A stretch of 64,000 bases of DNA from Terriglobia bacterium (GCA_965218585.1 CBDCLE010000002.1:352001-416000), one strand, 5' to 3'; shown: positions 51,813 to 63,780, counted from the stretch's first letter. Program-made: numbers and translations. The notes: a model not told the origin generated them from the letters alone.

Positions 51813-52705
51813 TGGCGTCCCCCCACGAGCGCTTCAACCCGGCCCTGGCCCGTAACCCGGGCCGCCGCCTGACCAGTTCCATTAAGGTGTTCGACAATAA
51901 TCGTTTCTCCATACTCGCCAGCCGAGCGTGCCTTCATCATCGCTGAGATGGTGATGCCACCGACCGAAGCTACAACGGTAACTGCGTCGCCGCGGCGGAC
52001 CAGTACCGGCGAATAGAGCTGCCGCGAAGTCAGGACCTGTCCCGCCTCGAGATCCTGTTTGGCGAGCATGCCGCGAATCTGATCGAGTGACCCGACAGGC
52101 CCAACAGCGCCATCCAGCGCAGCAAACTGCCACTTCACGTCGTTCTCAAGTATCGAAGAGTGCGCCCGCACCGGGCGTTGCAATATCGGTTGAGGAATCT
52201 CGATCTCTACTCGTGTCTGCACATAGATCGAGCGGGCAAAGCCGTTGCCGCGAACGTCGAGCCGTGCTGAAATCCGACCGTTTGGATTGATGTTCACCGG
52301 GAGTGAACCGGACAGAGCAACCTCACCCGTCGAAGTCTCCATCGGCGGAATGATCATTTCCTGAATCTCGATCCGGCCTTCCGGAAAACGGCGTTCGAAG
52401 AGTTCCCGGACGAAAAGCCTGACGCGCCGGGCATCCAACTGGGCCGACTCGCGTCGGATAAGAACAGAATCCGGAAGGTTCAGATCTTCCGTTCTCAAAC
52501 CACTGACCCGCAGCTTACCCAGAATTTCATAGTCGTGAATCCGCCGTGCCAAGCCCGGATTCGGAGCCTGTCCAAGCAGAACGGTAGAGCGCAGGTCACC
52601 TTCAGCGAACTCAATGAGATCTCCAAGAAGGATCGTATCTTTGTCGAGACTCAGTTCTGCCGGCGCAGTCAAGCAACAGAGAAGGGTCAATGCAAATGCA
52701 ATCAT
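51809..52705 (-). CDS. flgA: P-ring chaperone FlgA
   Basis: Signal peptide; SAF domain; LVRRGDAVTV; located between flgG and flgH. Confidence 0.85.
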   Translation of the reverse strand: MIAFALTLLCCLTAPAELSLDKDTILLGDLIEFAEGDLRSTVLLGQAPNPGLARRIHDYEILGKLRVSGLRTEDLNLPDSVLIRRESAQLDARRVRLFVRELFERRFPEGRIEIQEMIIPPMETSTGEVALSGSLPVNINPNGRISARLDVRGNGFARSIYVQTRVEIEIPQPILQRPVRAHSSILENDVKWQFAALDGAVGPVGSLDQIRGMLAKQDLEAGQVLTSRQLYSPVLVRRGDAVTVVASVGGITISAMMKARSAGEYGETIIVEHLNGTGQAAARVTGQGRVEALVGGRQ

Positions 52706-52722
52706 CTCAAATCTCCATTCAA

Positions 52723-53511
52723 CTACCGAACGAGGTTGTTGACCTGCTGCAGCATGTCGTCGGCAACCCGAACTGCCCGGGAGTTCACTTCATAGGCCCG
52801 CTGCGCAATGATCATGTTCACCATCTCCTCAACGACGTTCACATTGGATTGTTCCAGAGCGCCTTGGCTGAGCGTTCCGAGTCCGTTGGTTCCAGGCGTT
52901 CCAGTCGTCGCCAGACCTGACGCCGTGGATGGCATCAGAAGGTTGCGGCCAATCGCGTTCAATCCAGCCGCGTTCTGAAAATTCGAAATCTGAATCGTTC
53001 CGACGGGCGTCGCCGCAGCTTGATTCGCCTGCGTCACCGAAACGGTGCCATCCGAGCCGATTACGATCCCCTGGGCGTCGGCTGGAATCGAGATAGCGGG
53101 TGACAAGGGATTACCGTCGGCGGTAACAACGGTTCCTGCCTGATCGAGATGGAAAGACCCATCCCGCGTGTAAGCAGTCTCACCACTGGGCAGCGTTATC
53201 TGAAAGAACCCTTTGCCGGAGATGACGACGTCGAGCGGATTATCGGTTTGACGAAAATCACCTTGAGAATAATCCCTGGCAGTCGCTACGGGCATCGTTC
53301 CAAGGCCGAGTTGTAAACCGGTCGGGTATTCGGTCGAGGATGAAGACGCCGTGCCGGCCGGTCGCAGATCCTGATAAAGAAGGTCCTGAAATTCTGCACG
53401 GGCTTGTTTGAATCCCGTCGTATTCACGTTCGCGATGTTGTTCGCGATCGTGTCGATGTTGATTTGCTGCGCCTGCATTCCCGTCGCGGCCGTGTGTAAC
53501 GCTCTTAACAT
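52723..53511 (-). CDS. flgG: distal rod protein FlgG
   Basis: ANNIANVNTTGFK, YTRDGSF and LEQSNVNVVEEM motifs. Confidence 0.96.
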   Translation of the reverse strand: MLRALHTAATGMQAQQINIDTIANNIANVNTTGFKQARAEFQDLLYQDLRPAGTASSSSTEYPTGLQLGLGTMPVATARDYSQGDFRQTDNPLDVVISGKGFFQITLPSGETAYTRDGSFHLDQAGTVVTADGNPLSPAISIPADAQGIVIGSDGTVSVTQANQAAATPVGTIQISNFQNAAGLNAIGRNLLMPSTASGLATTGTPGTNGLGTLSQGALEQSNVNVVEEMVNMIIAQRAYEVNSRAVRVADDMLQQVNNLVR

Positions 53512-53528
53512 GCCAACTCCTTAATCCT

Positions 53529-54239
53529 TTAAGTCAAATCTGCCAGCTCGGCCAGCAGTTGCTTATCCATGTCGGTCGTAATCGACCTTAATGTCTGTGC
53601 TACCGACTCAAACTCACGAAACGCCCCCATCAACTCGACCATTTCAGTGATCGAATTGACGTTGGACTTCTCCAGGTGACCACCTTTTACTCTGGGTTCG
53701 AGTGTGTCGGTCACACCGGTGGGATCACCGATCCATTCGTAACGAAACATTCCTTCTTTTCTCAGGAACCGGGGATCGTCGAAATCGACGATGCGCAACG
53801 TTCCAACTACGTTGCCGTCAACAGCGATGTCGCCTCCGTCCTGAACCTGTACCTGTCCCTGACCAACAAAGATCGGAACATCTCCGTCTCCGAGAACCCT
53901 GAGGCCGTCTTTCAGAACGAGTTCACCTTCGGAGCTAACGTTGAAGCTCCCGTTGCGCGTGTAGCGGGTTCCATTGTCGGTGTCGATTACGAAGAAGCCC
54001 GATCCGTCGATTGCGGCATCCAACTCACGACCCGTAGTGACGAGAACACCGGGTGTCAGGTCGACCTGACTGACCACTTCCACGTTGACTTCGGTCTCAG
54101 AAACGACTTCTTCAAGAACCTGTCCGAAGTCGCGCTTGAAACCGGTCGTCTGAACATTGGCAAGGTTGTTGGCGATGATGTCCACCATCTTCATCCTTGC
54201 TTCCAGGGCTTCGTACGCTGCAAAAATCGCGTCACTCAT
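53529..54239 (-). CDS. flgF: proximal rod protein FlgF
   Basis: ANNLANVQTTGFK, YTRNG and LEKSNV motifs; precedes flgG. Confidence 0.88.
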   Translation of the reverse strand: MSDAIFAAYEALEARMKMVDIIANNLANVQTTGFKRDFGQVLEEVVSETEVNVEVVSQVDLTPGVLVTTGRELDAAIDGSGFFVIDTDNGTRYTRNGSFNVSSEGELVLKDGLRVLGDGDVPIFVGQGQVQVQDGGDIAVDGNVVGTLRIVDFDDPRFLRKEGMFRYEWIGDPTGVTDTLEPRVKGGHLEKSNVNSITEMVELMGAFREFESVAQTLRSITTDMDKQLLAELADLT

Positions 54240-54292
54240 AAGAAATACTCAATTCAGGGTTCCATCCAAAAACAAGTTCCCCGTCTTATATC

Positions 54293-54308
54293 TGCAAGAT
54301 GTGCTCCA
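54293..54308 (-). promoter_or_regulatory. sigma54 promoter of the flgF operon
   Basis: TGGAGCACATCTTGCA (GG-N10-GC). Confidence 0.65.
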
Positions 54309-54403
54309 GAGGAGACCGAGATCGGGCCGAACCCGCTGGATCTCGATAACCCACAGACCTGTTAGCACTTCGGAAATCGGGCCGTACCCTTCGTGATTTC
54401 CTC

Positions 54404-54431
54404 TAAAGAACTCTTCCAAACCTGCCGATAG
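54404..54431 (+). promoter_or_regulatory. orphan sigma28-type promoter pointing antisense into the fliA-fliM-fliN operon
   Basis: TAAA-N16-GCCGATAG, same geometry as the four gene-linked sigma28 promoters. Confidence 0.55.
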
Positions 54432-54451
54432 GAAGAAAAGGCCAGGGCTGG

Positions 54452-54835
54452 CTACTTTTTCCCACCTTCGACGCGAGACATACCCAGCAACACGCTGACT
54501 TCCGCCTCACTGAGTCCGGCTGTGTGCGCAATCTCGTCTGCAGTCGCACCGCTCTTGCCCATTGCACTGACCTGATTTCTCAGTCCGAAGCTGATTTCTC
54601 CGTTCGGCTCAGGCCGGCTCACTCGAGGGGACGGCTCAGAATCGAGGCTGCCGATCTGCTGTTGGGCTGCCTCGGCAATCTTGAAGAACCGGGCCTGGGC
54701 ATCTTCCCATTCCCTGTTCAATGTCGTCAGCGCGCTGCTCGCCCGCACGAACTTGCGTTGTACGTGAAGCGCGAGAAAAATAATCGACAAGCCGCAGAGG
54801 CCCAGCGCCAGATAGATCCCGATCCCCTCAGGCAT
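54452..54835 (-). CDS. membrane-anchored flagellar-locus protein (DUF2802-like)
   Basis: N-terminal TM segment; C-terminal GATADEIAHTAGLSEAEVSVLL; overlaps the fliN stop. Confidence 0.65.
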   Translation of the reverse strand: MPEGIGIYLALGLCGLSIIFLALHVQRKFVRASSALTTLNREWEDAQARFFKIAEAAQQQIGSLDSEPSPRVSRPEPNGEISFGLRNQVSAMGKSGATADEIAHTAGLSEAEVSVLLGMSRVEGGKK

Positions 54836-55130
54836 CGAGGGTAAGAAGACGTTTGTCAGCACCGCACAACTCCGTGATTCTGATTCCATAAAATCCATCA
54901 ACGACAACCACCTCGCCTCGCGCGAGCGCTCGGCCGTTGACGACGAGATCGACCGGTTCGTCGATACTCGAATTGAGCTCAATCACTGATCCAACTCCCA
55001 ACTTGATCGCATCCTCCAGGAGCATCTCGGTCTCACCAAATCGAATGGAAGCGGCCAACTGGAGGTCCATAAAGACATCCATGCTGTCGTCCACAGCGTT
55101 CGGTGCGTTCTCTTCAGGTACGATTTCCAT
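54828..55130 (-). CDS. fliN: C-ring protein FliN
   Basis: SpoA domain PVDLVVNG..ARGEVVVVDG.YGIRIT. Confidence 0.92.
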   Translation of the reverse strand: MEIVPEENAPNAVDDSMDVFMDLQLAASIRFGETEMLLEDAIKLGVGSVIELNSSIDEPVDLVVNGRALARGEVVVVDGFYGIRITELCGADKRLLTLDA

Positions 55131-55285
55131 TTACGATCCCCCTATGACGGCTGTAGCGGTTTCTACTATCTCGAACGATTTCCGGCTTGCTTCGAGTCGG
55201 GCAGTGGCTTTCATTTTGTCTTTGCCCCCGACTCGGAGTACGACCGGCAGATCTTTGAACCGCCCCGGGAATCCCGGAGACCGTT

Positions 55286-56514
<1,229 letters not shown>

Positions 56515-57333
56515 GATGACTCCCATCCTCTCAAGAAATGGAGTCTCCGGAAAACCCGGGGCGGTTCACTTTCCTCTGTTCCAGCACCAGAGTGTCACCC
56601 TCCTGCAAGGAAAGTATCGATCGCATCGGATAGAACGTTTCCCCGGTCTCGATCGCAACATTCACAGGAACTTTGTCTATGTTGTGCACCAGACTTGAAC
56701 CTGCGGCCGCCTTCTTCCGTCCCGACAATTCCTTATCGAAGATGTGAATGATCGGCTCGAGCACGAGAGTAGGGAACGCGAGGCTGATCCTGGCGCTCGT
56801 AATATCGCGGGTACGCATCTGGAACTTGAAGACGACGACCATTTCGTTGGGCGAAACAATCTGAACCATGTGGGGGTGCGTCTCCGTCGCAAGGATGTCA
56901 AACTTGATCGGATAGATCTGCCTCCAGGCCTCACGCAAATTGTCCACGACCAGCTTGAGGATACGCTGGATAACGTTCTGCTCGATTTCCGTCATCGGGC
57001 GTTCCAGGCTCAGCGGCGTTCCGACACCCCCGAGCAACCGGTCGAGAATGGAAAATACAGCGTCCGGCGCGATTTCCAATGCAGCGGATCCTTCCAACGG
57101 CTTCAGAGATACCGATGAATAGCAGGTCGGATCGGAGGCCGATGAAAGGAATTCGGCGTAGGTAATCTGTTCGATGCTGTCGAGGTTGATCTCCACGACC
57201 TTCCGCAGGAACGCGGAAACTGCTGAGGAGATGTTCCTTGCAAATCGATCGTGAACGAAGTGCAACGAACGGAGCTGGTTTTTCGAGATACGGTCAGGAC
57301 GTTTGTAGTTGTATGGCTGTATTTTCTGTTCCA

Positions 57334-58083
57334 TTACTCACTCAGAAGTTGAAAAGCCGATTCGACGCCGGGCGATACTTTTTTCATTTTGGAACGGAGC
57401 CTCAACATGGCCTTGGTGCGAATCTGCGACACGCGCGACTCGTTCACTCCCAACATGGCTCCGATCTCTTTCATCGTGAACTCTTCGTAGTAGTAGAGCG
57501 AAAGAACAAGACGCTCTCTCTCGGGCAGTGTGTCAATGACTCCGCCCAGCATCTTGGCCAACTCATCCCTCTCGAATTGTGCGTAGGGATCGTTGTCGCC
57601 GTCGTCGGGGTAGTAATTGATGAAGCTCTCGCCGGAATCGTCTTCACGGCTGTCACCGATGTCTTCAAACGAACCGATCGAGAGTCCATGGAGCTGGTCG
57701 ACGAGCGCATGGAATTCCTCCATGTCCCCACCCAGTTCGTTGCAAACCTCTTCGTCGGTTGCCGGGCGGCCAAGACGTTGTTCCAGACCCTGATAGATCT
57801 TCTCCAGATCCTTGCTCTTTTTCCTGAGCGAACGGGGCGCCCAGTCCAAGTCACGCAAGCTGTCCAGCATGGCGCCTCGAATTCGCAATTCCGCATACGT
57901 CTTGAACTTGACGCCGCGTTCGGGGTCGAACTTCTCGACAGCGTCCAGAAGCCCTATAACACCGGCGTTTACGAGGTCACGAATCTCAACGTTGGGAGGC
58001 AAGCGGACGGCCACCCTGTGCGCGATATGATTGATCAACGGCAGAGACTCGCTGATCAGGTCTTCTCTTTCGACTGTCGTCAT
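57334..58083 (-). CDS. fliA: flagellar sigma factor FliA (sigma28)
   Basis: FKTYAELRIRGAMLDSLR and GVNESRVSQI motifs; start placed at ATG 58083. Confidence 0.95.
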   Translation of the reverse strand: MTTVEREDLISESLPLINHIAHRVAVRLPPNVEIRDLVNAGVIGLLDAVEKFDPERGVKFKTYAELRIRGAMLDSLRDLDWAPRSLRKKSKDLEKIYQGLEQRLGRPATDEEVCNELGGDMEEFHALVDQLHGLSIGSFEDIGDSREDDSGESFINYYPDDGDNDPYAQFERDELAKMLGGVIDTLPERERLVLSLYYYEEFTMKEIGAMLGVNESRVSQIRTKAMLRLRSKMKKVSPGVESAFQLLSE

Positions 58084-58126
58084 AGCAACATCCTGCTGGT
58101 GTTTCCGGTCATTCTTCTCCCGGTGT

Positions 58127-59362
58127 TCAATGAATCGGAAGCATGAGCCGTGCCAGCTCAGCTCCGTTCGGAAGCAGAAGGTCTTCCGGAACATGCTGCC
58201 CTTCAGTGATATACGAAACAGGCAACAGGAACCGGAGTAGTTCCCCGACGATCGACCCCCTGGTCTCGGTTTCGTCCATCTTCGTGAGGACAACCGACCG
58301 GGGTGAGAGCCGGTGAAAACGCTTGTAAATCTTGGAGACGTCTTCGGACTTTGTCGTGGCGCTGAGGACAAGCCTGACCCGTGCTCCGAGGCCATCCAGT
58401 CCGCTTTCGAGCTTACCCAGCCGCGCCCGGTCTGATGGACTGCAGCCCGCCGTGTCAACGAGAACAAGATCGTATTCGTCCAGCGACTCGACCAATTCTT
58501 TCAGCTGTGCCGTGTCGGAACATTTGAACGTTGTTATCCCGAGCAACTGTCCGTATCGGTAAAGTTGCTCTTGACCGGTCACCCTCTGGCCATCGGTTGA
58601 AATCAGAGCGACTTTCTTCCCGTGGCGAACCGCTGCATGTCCCGCAATCTTGGCGATAGTCGTCGTCTTACCAACTCCTGTGGGTCCAACGAACACACTG
58701 ACGACGCGCTCATTTGACGACAACTCATCCGGTGCTTCGATCGAAAACATCTCTCCAAGCAACGCACGTACGGCGTCTCGGGTCTTGCCCGACTTTGGAT
58801 TCAGCCTGGCGGCGCTTGCAAGGAGGTTCTCCACAAACTCCGGATCCACCCCCTGACCCACAAGCTCGCTGTAGATATCACCGTGCCGCCCTTCCCTCTG
58901 AGGAATGGCCTGTCCAAGCAGTCGGACGGACCTCTTGAGTTCATCAATCTCTTCGAGAACTTCTTCGATTCGGGCCTCAGCCTTGCGAATAAGACGCGAC
59001 GGCGCTTCGAACTCCGACATAGCTGCACCGGACACATCCGTCGACCGAACTACCCGATCCACATCAACGTTGGTCCGGACAGGCGGGTCCACCAGTTTCT
59101 CAGTGGTTCGCACGACCTCGGGCGAAATAGATACCGAATCGGGAACGTCAGCAGCGATCTTATCGATGGGGCTTTCAGTCACCGCCGTTTCGGTCGCTTC
59201 CTTGGCTCCTGCGGTCACCTCCCATCTCTGGCGCCGAATGCCCCAGGGCTTGCGAGTGGTCACGGGCCGCGTGCCGAGGATCATCGCGTCGGGACCGAAA
59301 TCGCGCTTGATATGCTCGACCGCTTCCTTGATCGACCGTGTTTGATACGTTTTCACCTTCAT
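58127..59362 (-). CDS. flhF: SRP-type GTPase FlhF
   Basis: GPTGVGKTTT, DTAG, TKMDE and GQHVPED motifs. Confidence 0.93.
   Translation of the reverse strand: MKVKTYQTRSIKEAVEHIKRDFGPDAMILGTRPVTTRKPWGIRRQRWEVTAGAKEATETAVTESPIDKIAADVPDSVSISPEVVRTTEKLVDPPVRTNVDVDRVVRSTDVSGAAMSEFEAPSRLIRKAEARIEEVLEEIDELKRSVRLLGQAIPQREGRHGDIYSELVGQGVDPEFVENLLASAARLNPKSGKTRDAVRALLGEMFSIEAPDELSSNERVVSVFVGPTGVGKTTTIAKIAGHAAVRHGKKVALISTDGQRVTGQEQLYRYGQLLGITTFKCSDTAQLKELVESLDEYDLVLVDTAGCSPSDRARLGKLESGLDGLGARVRLVLSATTKSEDVSKIYKRFHRLSPRSVVLTKMDETETRGSIVGELLRFLLPVSYITEGQHVPEDLLLPNGAELARLMLPIH
58140..58155 (-). promoter_or_regulatory. sigma54 promoter upstream of fliA (inside the flhF 3' end)
   Basis: TGGCACGGCTCATGCT (GG-N10-GC). 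Confidence 0.6.
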
Positions 59363-61393
59363 TGTCCAACAACTCCTTGCGACACAATCTGCAGGTTCGG
59401 TGGGATGTCATTCGGAGAAACAATCGTCAACTGGGGGATGAACCTTTCAATCAGCTTCCTCAGGTGGTAGCGGATGGTGCTCGAGCACAGTAAGGTCCAC
59501 TGAGACGTTGTCAACGTCTGACAGGTTGTACCGAGTTCCTGAACCAGATCTTCAAATCCCTTGGAATTCAGCGCCAGATATGCTCCCGACTCGTCCTGGA
59601 TAAGGGAATCCTTCAGCCTTGCTTCCCAGTCCGGGGACAGCGAAATAACAGGTAGCGCACCAGTTTCGTTCAGCAATGGTTTTGTGATCGACCGGCTCAG
59701 CGAAGCACGGACCGCTTCGGTTAACGTCGCGGGATCTTTCGTGCGAACACCGTAATCGGCAAGCGCTTCGAAGATCGTCACCAGATCGCGGATCGATACT
59801 TTTTCACGGAGGGGACTCTGCAGAACCTTCTGAACTTCACCAACCGAAAGTGTCGTGGGTACAAGTTCTTCAACGAGCTTCGGATAGGTTTCGCCAACGT
59901 GGTCGATCAGGGTCTTGACTTCCTGGCGGCCCAGCAGTTCGTGGGCATGCGACCGAATCATCTCGGTGAGGTGCGTGGCCAGGATCGTGGAAGCGTCCAC
60001 GACCGTGTAGTTCATCAGTTGCGCCCGTTCTTTGTTTTCTTTAGTTATCCAGAACGCGGGCAATCCAAACGTCGGCTCCTTGGTGGGCGTGCCTTCGATC
60101 GTTCCAGTGGTGCTCCCCGGATCGATTGCCATCAGGCGGTCCATCATCAACTCTGCCCGACCAATCTCGGAACCCTTGAGAAGAATGGAGTATTCCCGGG
60201 AACCCATCTTGAGGTTGTCAGTGATGTTGACGGGAGGCACAATCATGCCCAATTCTTGCACCAGTTGTTTTCGGATCGAGCGGATGCGGCTGAGGAAGTC
60301 TCCTCCGACCTGAGTGTCGACCAGACCCACGAGTCCATAGCCGATCTCCACGGCCAGACTGTCGATCTTGAGGAACGCAGTCGCCCGCTCTACGGTTCCC
60401 TCTTCAGGAGGTGGAGCTTCGAGGACGGGTTCTTCTGCGCGTTGCCTTGCCAGGCTCGACGCTGTCCAGGCAACACCACCCAGAACGGCTCCCAGAGCAA
60501 GAAATCCTACTGTCGGTAAACCCGGCACCAGTCCCAGACCGGTGACGATCGCGCATGCGAAAAAGACCGGCTTGGGATCTTCGAAAAGCTGACCCGCAAC
60601 GTCCTCACCCAGACTCCTTTCCGCAGCAGCGCGGGTCGTGATGAGGCCGCCACCGATAGAAATCAGGAGCGAGGGAATCGCGGTGACCAGACCATCACCA
60701 ATGGTGAGGATCGTGAAGGTCTCGAGCGCAACCAGAGCGTCCATGCCGTTCTGGAACATACCAATGAACAGGCCGCCAACGATGTTGATCAGAGTGATAA
60801 GAATGGATGCCATCGCGTCACGCTGTGTGAATCGAATGGCACCGTCCGTCGCTCCGTAGAAGTCAGCTTCCCGGCCAACTTCAGCTCGACGGTCGCGGGC
60901 CTCATCCTGATCGATGATTCCCGCATTGAGGTCAGCGTCGATCGACAACTGCTTTCCGGGCAGGGCGTCCAGGGTGAATCGTGCCGTGACTTCTGAAATA
61001 CGCACGGCACCGTGGTTGATAACGACGTACTGGATGATGATCAGGACGAGGAAAATGATCAGACCTACGGCGTAATTCCCCCCCGACGACGAATTGTCCG
61101 AAGGCACCGATGACGTTTCCGGCGGCGCCGAAACCCTCCCCTCCGTTGAGAAGAATGAGCCGGGTGGAGGCAATGTTCAGTGAAAGTCGAAACAACGTCG
61201 TCAGCAACAGGATGGACGGAAATGCTGAAAACTGGACCGGCTTTATCACGTAGAGGGCTGCGAGCAGAACGACGACAGACAGCGAAATGTTGGTCGAAAT
61301 CAGGAGATCCAGGAAGACCGGCGGCAGAGGCACCAATAGCGCTGTCAAAATAACGATGACAACCGCAGGCATGGCTACCTGTGCTTTGACCAT
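59359..61393 (-). pseudogene. flhA: export gate FlhA, +1 frameshift in a G7 run
   Basis: FGQFVVGG continues to NYAVGLIIF only with G6; observed run is 7 (61078-61084). Confidence 0.88.
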
Positions 61394-61420
61394 ATTCTTA
61401 CTGCCTCAAACCGTCGTTAG

Positions 61421-61436
61421 AGCAACCGGAATGCCA
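61421..61436 (-). promoter_or_regulatory. sigma54 promoter of flhA
   Basis: TGGCATTCCGGTTGCT (GG-N10-GC), about 28 nt upstream of the ATG. Confidence 0.75.
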
Positions 61437-61520
61437 AGTTGGGAACTCGCTGGGAACGACTCGTCCGAGGCTCTTCCAACAAGGGGGAATACACCCGCAA
61501 ACTCTGGCCCGGCCACCCAT

Positions 61521-62588
61521 TTAACCCCTTCTCTTCATGCGTTTACGTACCTTGAAGACGTAAGCCAGGACCTCGGCCACAGCCTTGTACAGATTGAGTG
61601 GAATTTCCTGGCCAACGTCCACGCTCCAGTACAGAGACCGGGCCAAGGGGACGTTTTCCACGCGTGGGATGTCATATTCCCGACCCGCCTCTTTAATCCG
61701 CTCGGCCAGAAAATCCTGCCCCTTGGCGATAACCCTGGGGGCGCCCATCAAATCCGGTTTGTACTCGAGGGCAACGGCAAAGTGCGTGGGGTTCGTGATG
61801 ATGACGTCCGCATCCTGAACAGCGGCCATCATTCTCTGCTTGGCCCGTTCGCGCTGGATGGATTTGATCTTTCCCTTCACCTGGGGGTTGCCGTCCATCT
61901 GCTTGTTGTCTTCCTTGACTTCGGACTTGGATTGCTTGAGGTTCTTCTCAAACTGGTACTTCTGGTAGAAAAAATCTATGACCGCTAATACGATCAGCGT
62001 GAGCACGATGTAAGTGAGAACCCGAATGAAAATTTCCCTCAGCAGAGCGTTCCCGGCTTCGATCGGTACTCCGGGGGAGCGCATCAGTTCGTCCCAATTG
62101 CCTCCCAGGGTTTGCCAGATTCCAACAACCAGCGCAGTCAAAAGGACAAAGAAGCGGGCCCATTCGGCCGGATTGGCCTTGGTCTTGAGTTTCTCCAGAC
62201 CCTTGGCCGGATTCAATTTTTCCCATTTCGGCTTGAACGCCTTCGTAGCGATGTTCGGAAGTCCCTGAACAAGGCTGCCCGCGAGGGCTCCGACCCATGC
62301 ACCGGCCAGAATGGGTGCCACCAGCAACAGGAAGTACGTCCCCGTTTCGTTGATCACCGCCAGCATGGCAGACTCGGAGAGATCGTCGAGAATTCCCGTC
62401 TCGAGTACCCGCGACATCAGACCGCGAAATCCCCCCCGATAGCTGAGGACCCAGGCCAGGGCGACGACAGCGAAGGCAAGTGAGGCCGTCGAGGAAACCT
62501 GTTGGGATTGAGCAACCTGTCTTTCTTCACGCGCCTTACGGCGCCTTATAGAAGTCGGTTTCTCTGTCTTGTCGTCTTTTCCAGCCAT
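61521..62588 (-). CDS. flhB: export switch FlhB
   Basis: KTEKPT motif and NPTH autocleavage motif. Confidence 0.96.
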   Translation of the reverse strand: MAGKDDKTEKPTSIRRRKAREERQVAQSQQVSSTASLAFAVVALAWVLSYRGGFRGLMSRVLETGILDDLSESAMLAVINETGTYFLLLVAPILAGAWVGALAGSLVQGLPNIATKAFKPKWEKLNPAKGLEKLKTKANPAEWARFFVLLTALVVGIWQTLGGNWDELMRSPGVPIEAGNALLREIFIRVLTYIVLTLIVLAVIDFFYQKYQFEKNLKQSKSEVKEDNKQMDGNPQVKGKIKSIQRERAKQRMMAAVQDADVIITNPTHFAVALEYKPDLMGAPRVIAKGQDFLAERIKEAGREYDIPRVENVPLARSLYWSVDVGQEIPLNLYKAVAEVLAYVFKVRKRMKRRG

Positions 62589-62589
62589 G

Positions 62590-63339
62590 TCATCTCAGGA
62601 CTACGAAACCGGCCACCTCACGCATGATGGCCGGGAATACGACCAGGGATGCGCCCAGCGTGACGAGTCCCACAAGCACCTTGATCGGTAGAGCCAGGAT
62701 GATCGCGTTGAACTGAGGTTGCATCCGGGCGAGGAAACCAACAGCCATGTCACTGAGCAGAACAACAACGAACAAGGGGAAGCCGATCTTCCAGCCCACC
62801 ACAAAGATGTTGCCCGCGGTGGTCATGAGGAGATCGAACCAGTCGGCGATTGCGGGAACACCGCCAATCGGAAAACTCTCGTAGCTGAACTGCATTGCAC
62901 GGATGAATTCGTGATATTGATCGGCGGCCAGAAACACCGCATAGCCAATCAGCGTGAAGTAGCCGGACATGAGTGAGGATCGATTCTGAGTCTGCGGGTC
63001 AATGGCCTGGACGGCGGAAAAACCCATGCTGAAGCCGACGAGCTGGCCGGCAAAGTGCAGTACCGCAAAGGCAATGCGGATCCCCATCCCGAGCAGGAGA
63101 CCTACAAAGAACTCGCCTGGCAGGACGAGTTCGGGATGCTCCATCGCGGCCTCATTGAAAGGAATGATGGGAGCCACCCCCGCTGCGGTGACAAAGATCA
63201 GGAGCATGCGCACCTGACTCGGTATACCCGGATTGCCCCATATGGGGGAGAACGCCAGCATCGCTCCGATCCGGACTGCGACGATCAGGACGTGGATTAT
63301 GTAGAGGTATGGAATCTGGACTTCGAAGATCTCGCCCAT
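62590..63339 (-). CDS. fliR: export protein FliR
   Basis: Multi-TM; AGQLVGFSMG, IDP and RMQPQFN motifs. Confidence 0.93.
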   Translation of the reverse strand: MGEIFEVQIPYLYIIHVLIVAVRIGAMLAFSPIWGNPGIPSQVRMLLIFVTAAGVAPIIPFNEAAMEHPELVLPGEFFVGLLLGMGIRIAFAVLHFAGQLVGFSMGFSAVQAIDPQTQNRSSLMSGYFTLIGYAVFLAADQYHEFIRAMQFSYESFPIGGVPAIADWFDLLMTTAGNIFVVGWKIGFPLFVVVLLSDMAVGFLARMQPQFNAIILALPIKVLVGLVTLGASLVVFPAIMREVAGFVVLR

Positions 63340-63346
63340 GAGGGAA

Positions 63347-63459
63347 TCACCCTACGTACGGTTCGAACGAGCCCAGCAACGTCTCGGTGAAAGAGATCAT
63401 GTATCCCATCATCCAGGGGAAGATGACCAAAAAGACCAGGAAGGTCACAACGATACGCG
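63347..63459 (-). pseudogene. fliQ: 3' fragment of fliQ, cut by the IS110-type element
   Basis: RIVVTFLVFLVIFPWMMGYMISFT matches the FliQ C-terminal half; directly upstream of fliR; N-half absent from the window. Confidence 0.8.
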
Positions 63460-63619
63460 TTTCTATGGAAGGGGCTGTCAAGAGAAACACGTCCCCGCCG
63501 AGCGGACCACCGGACCCAACACTGTCGTGGCAGCCAGCCCCTGTCTCCGTTGAGACGAACTGTTGATCCGGCATCGCAGAGAAGTCGATCACTCATCACA
63601 ACGTGGTGTGGTTTCGAGA

Positions 63620-63780
63620 AACTGAAAAGCGCAAAGGGGTCGTGATTGCCGACCACGGTTCTATCTGAGCCTCGAGGGCTATCGCTTTTCCAGGTCGTGC
63701 GAGGGGGGATAGAGTATTACATGGGCCTTCAGCAAGCGCTGTGTGCCAACCGCGTATCGGATCCTCACCCTCGACCCTAC
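63620..63780 (-). ncRNA. candidate bridge RNA / seekRNA
   Basis: Two manually folded stem/internal-loop modules whose loops match the target flank (cgatacgcg) and the element end (atagaa). Confidence 0.68.

Noticed and set aside
54524-54844. Plus-strand 106-aa ORF as the target of the orphan sigma28 promoter
   Set aside because: Fully antisense to a credible membrane-protein gene, with no RBS and no recognisable motifs.
57334-58467. 377-aa extended FliA
   Set aside because: The extension overlaps flhF; the sigma domain begins at ATG 58083, downstream of a sigma54 box.
63347-63592. 81-aa ORF as a complete fliQ
   Set aside because: Its N-terminal half is IS non-coding sequence; only the part from RIVVTF onward is FliQ-like.
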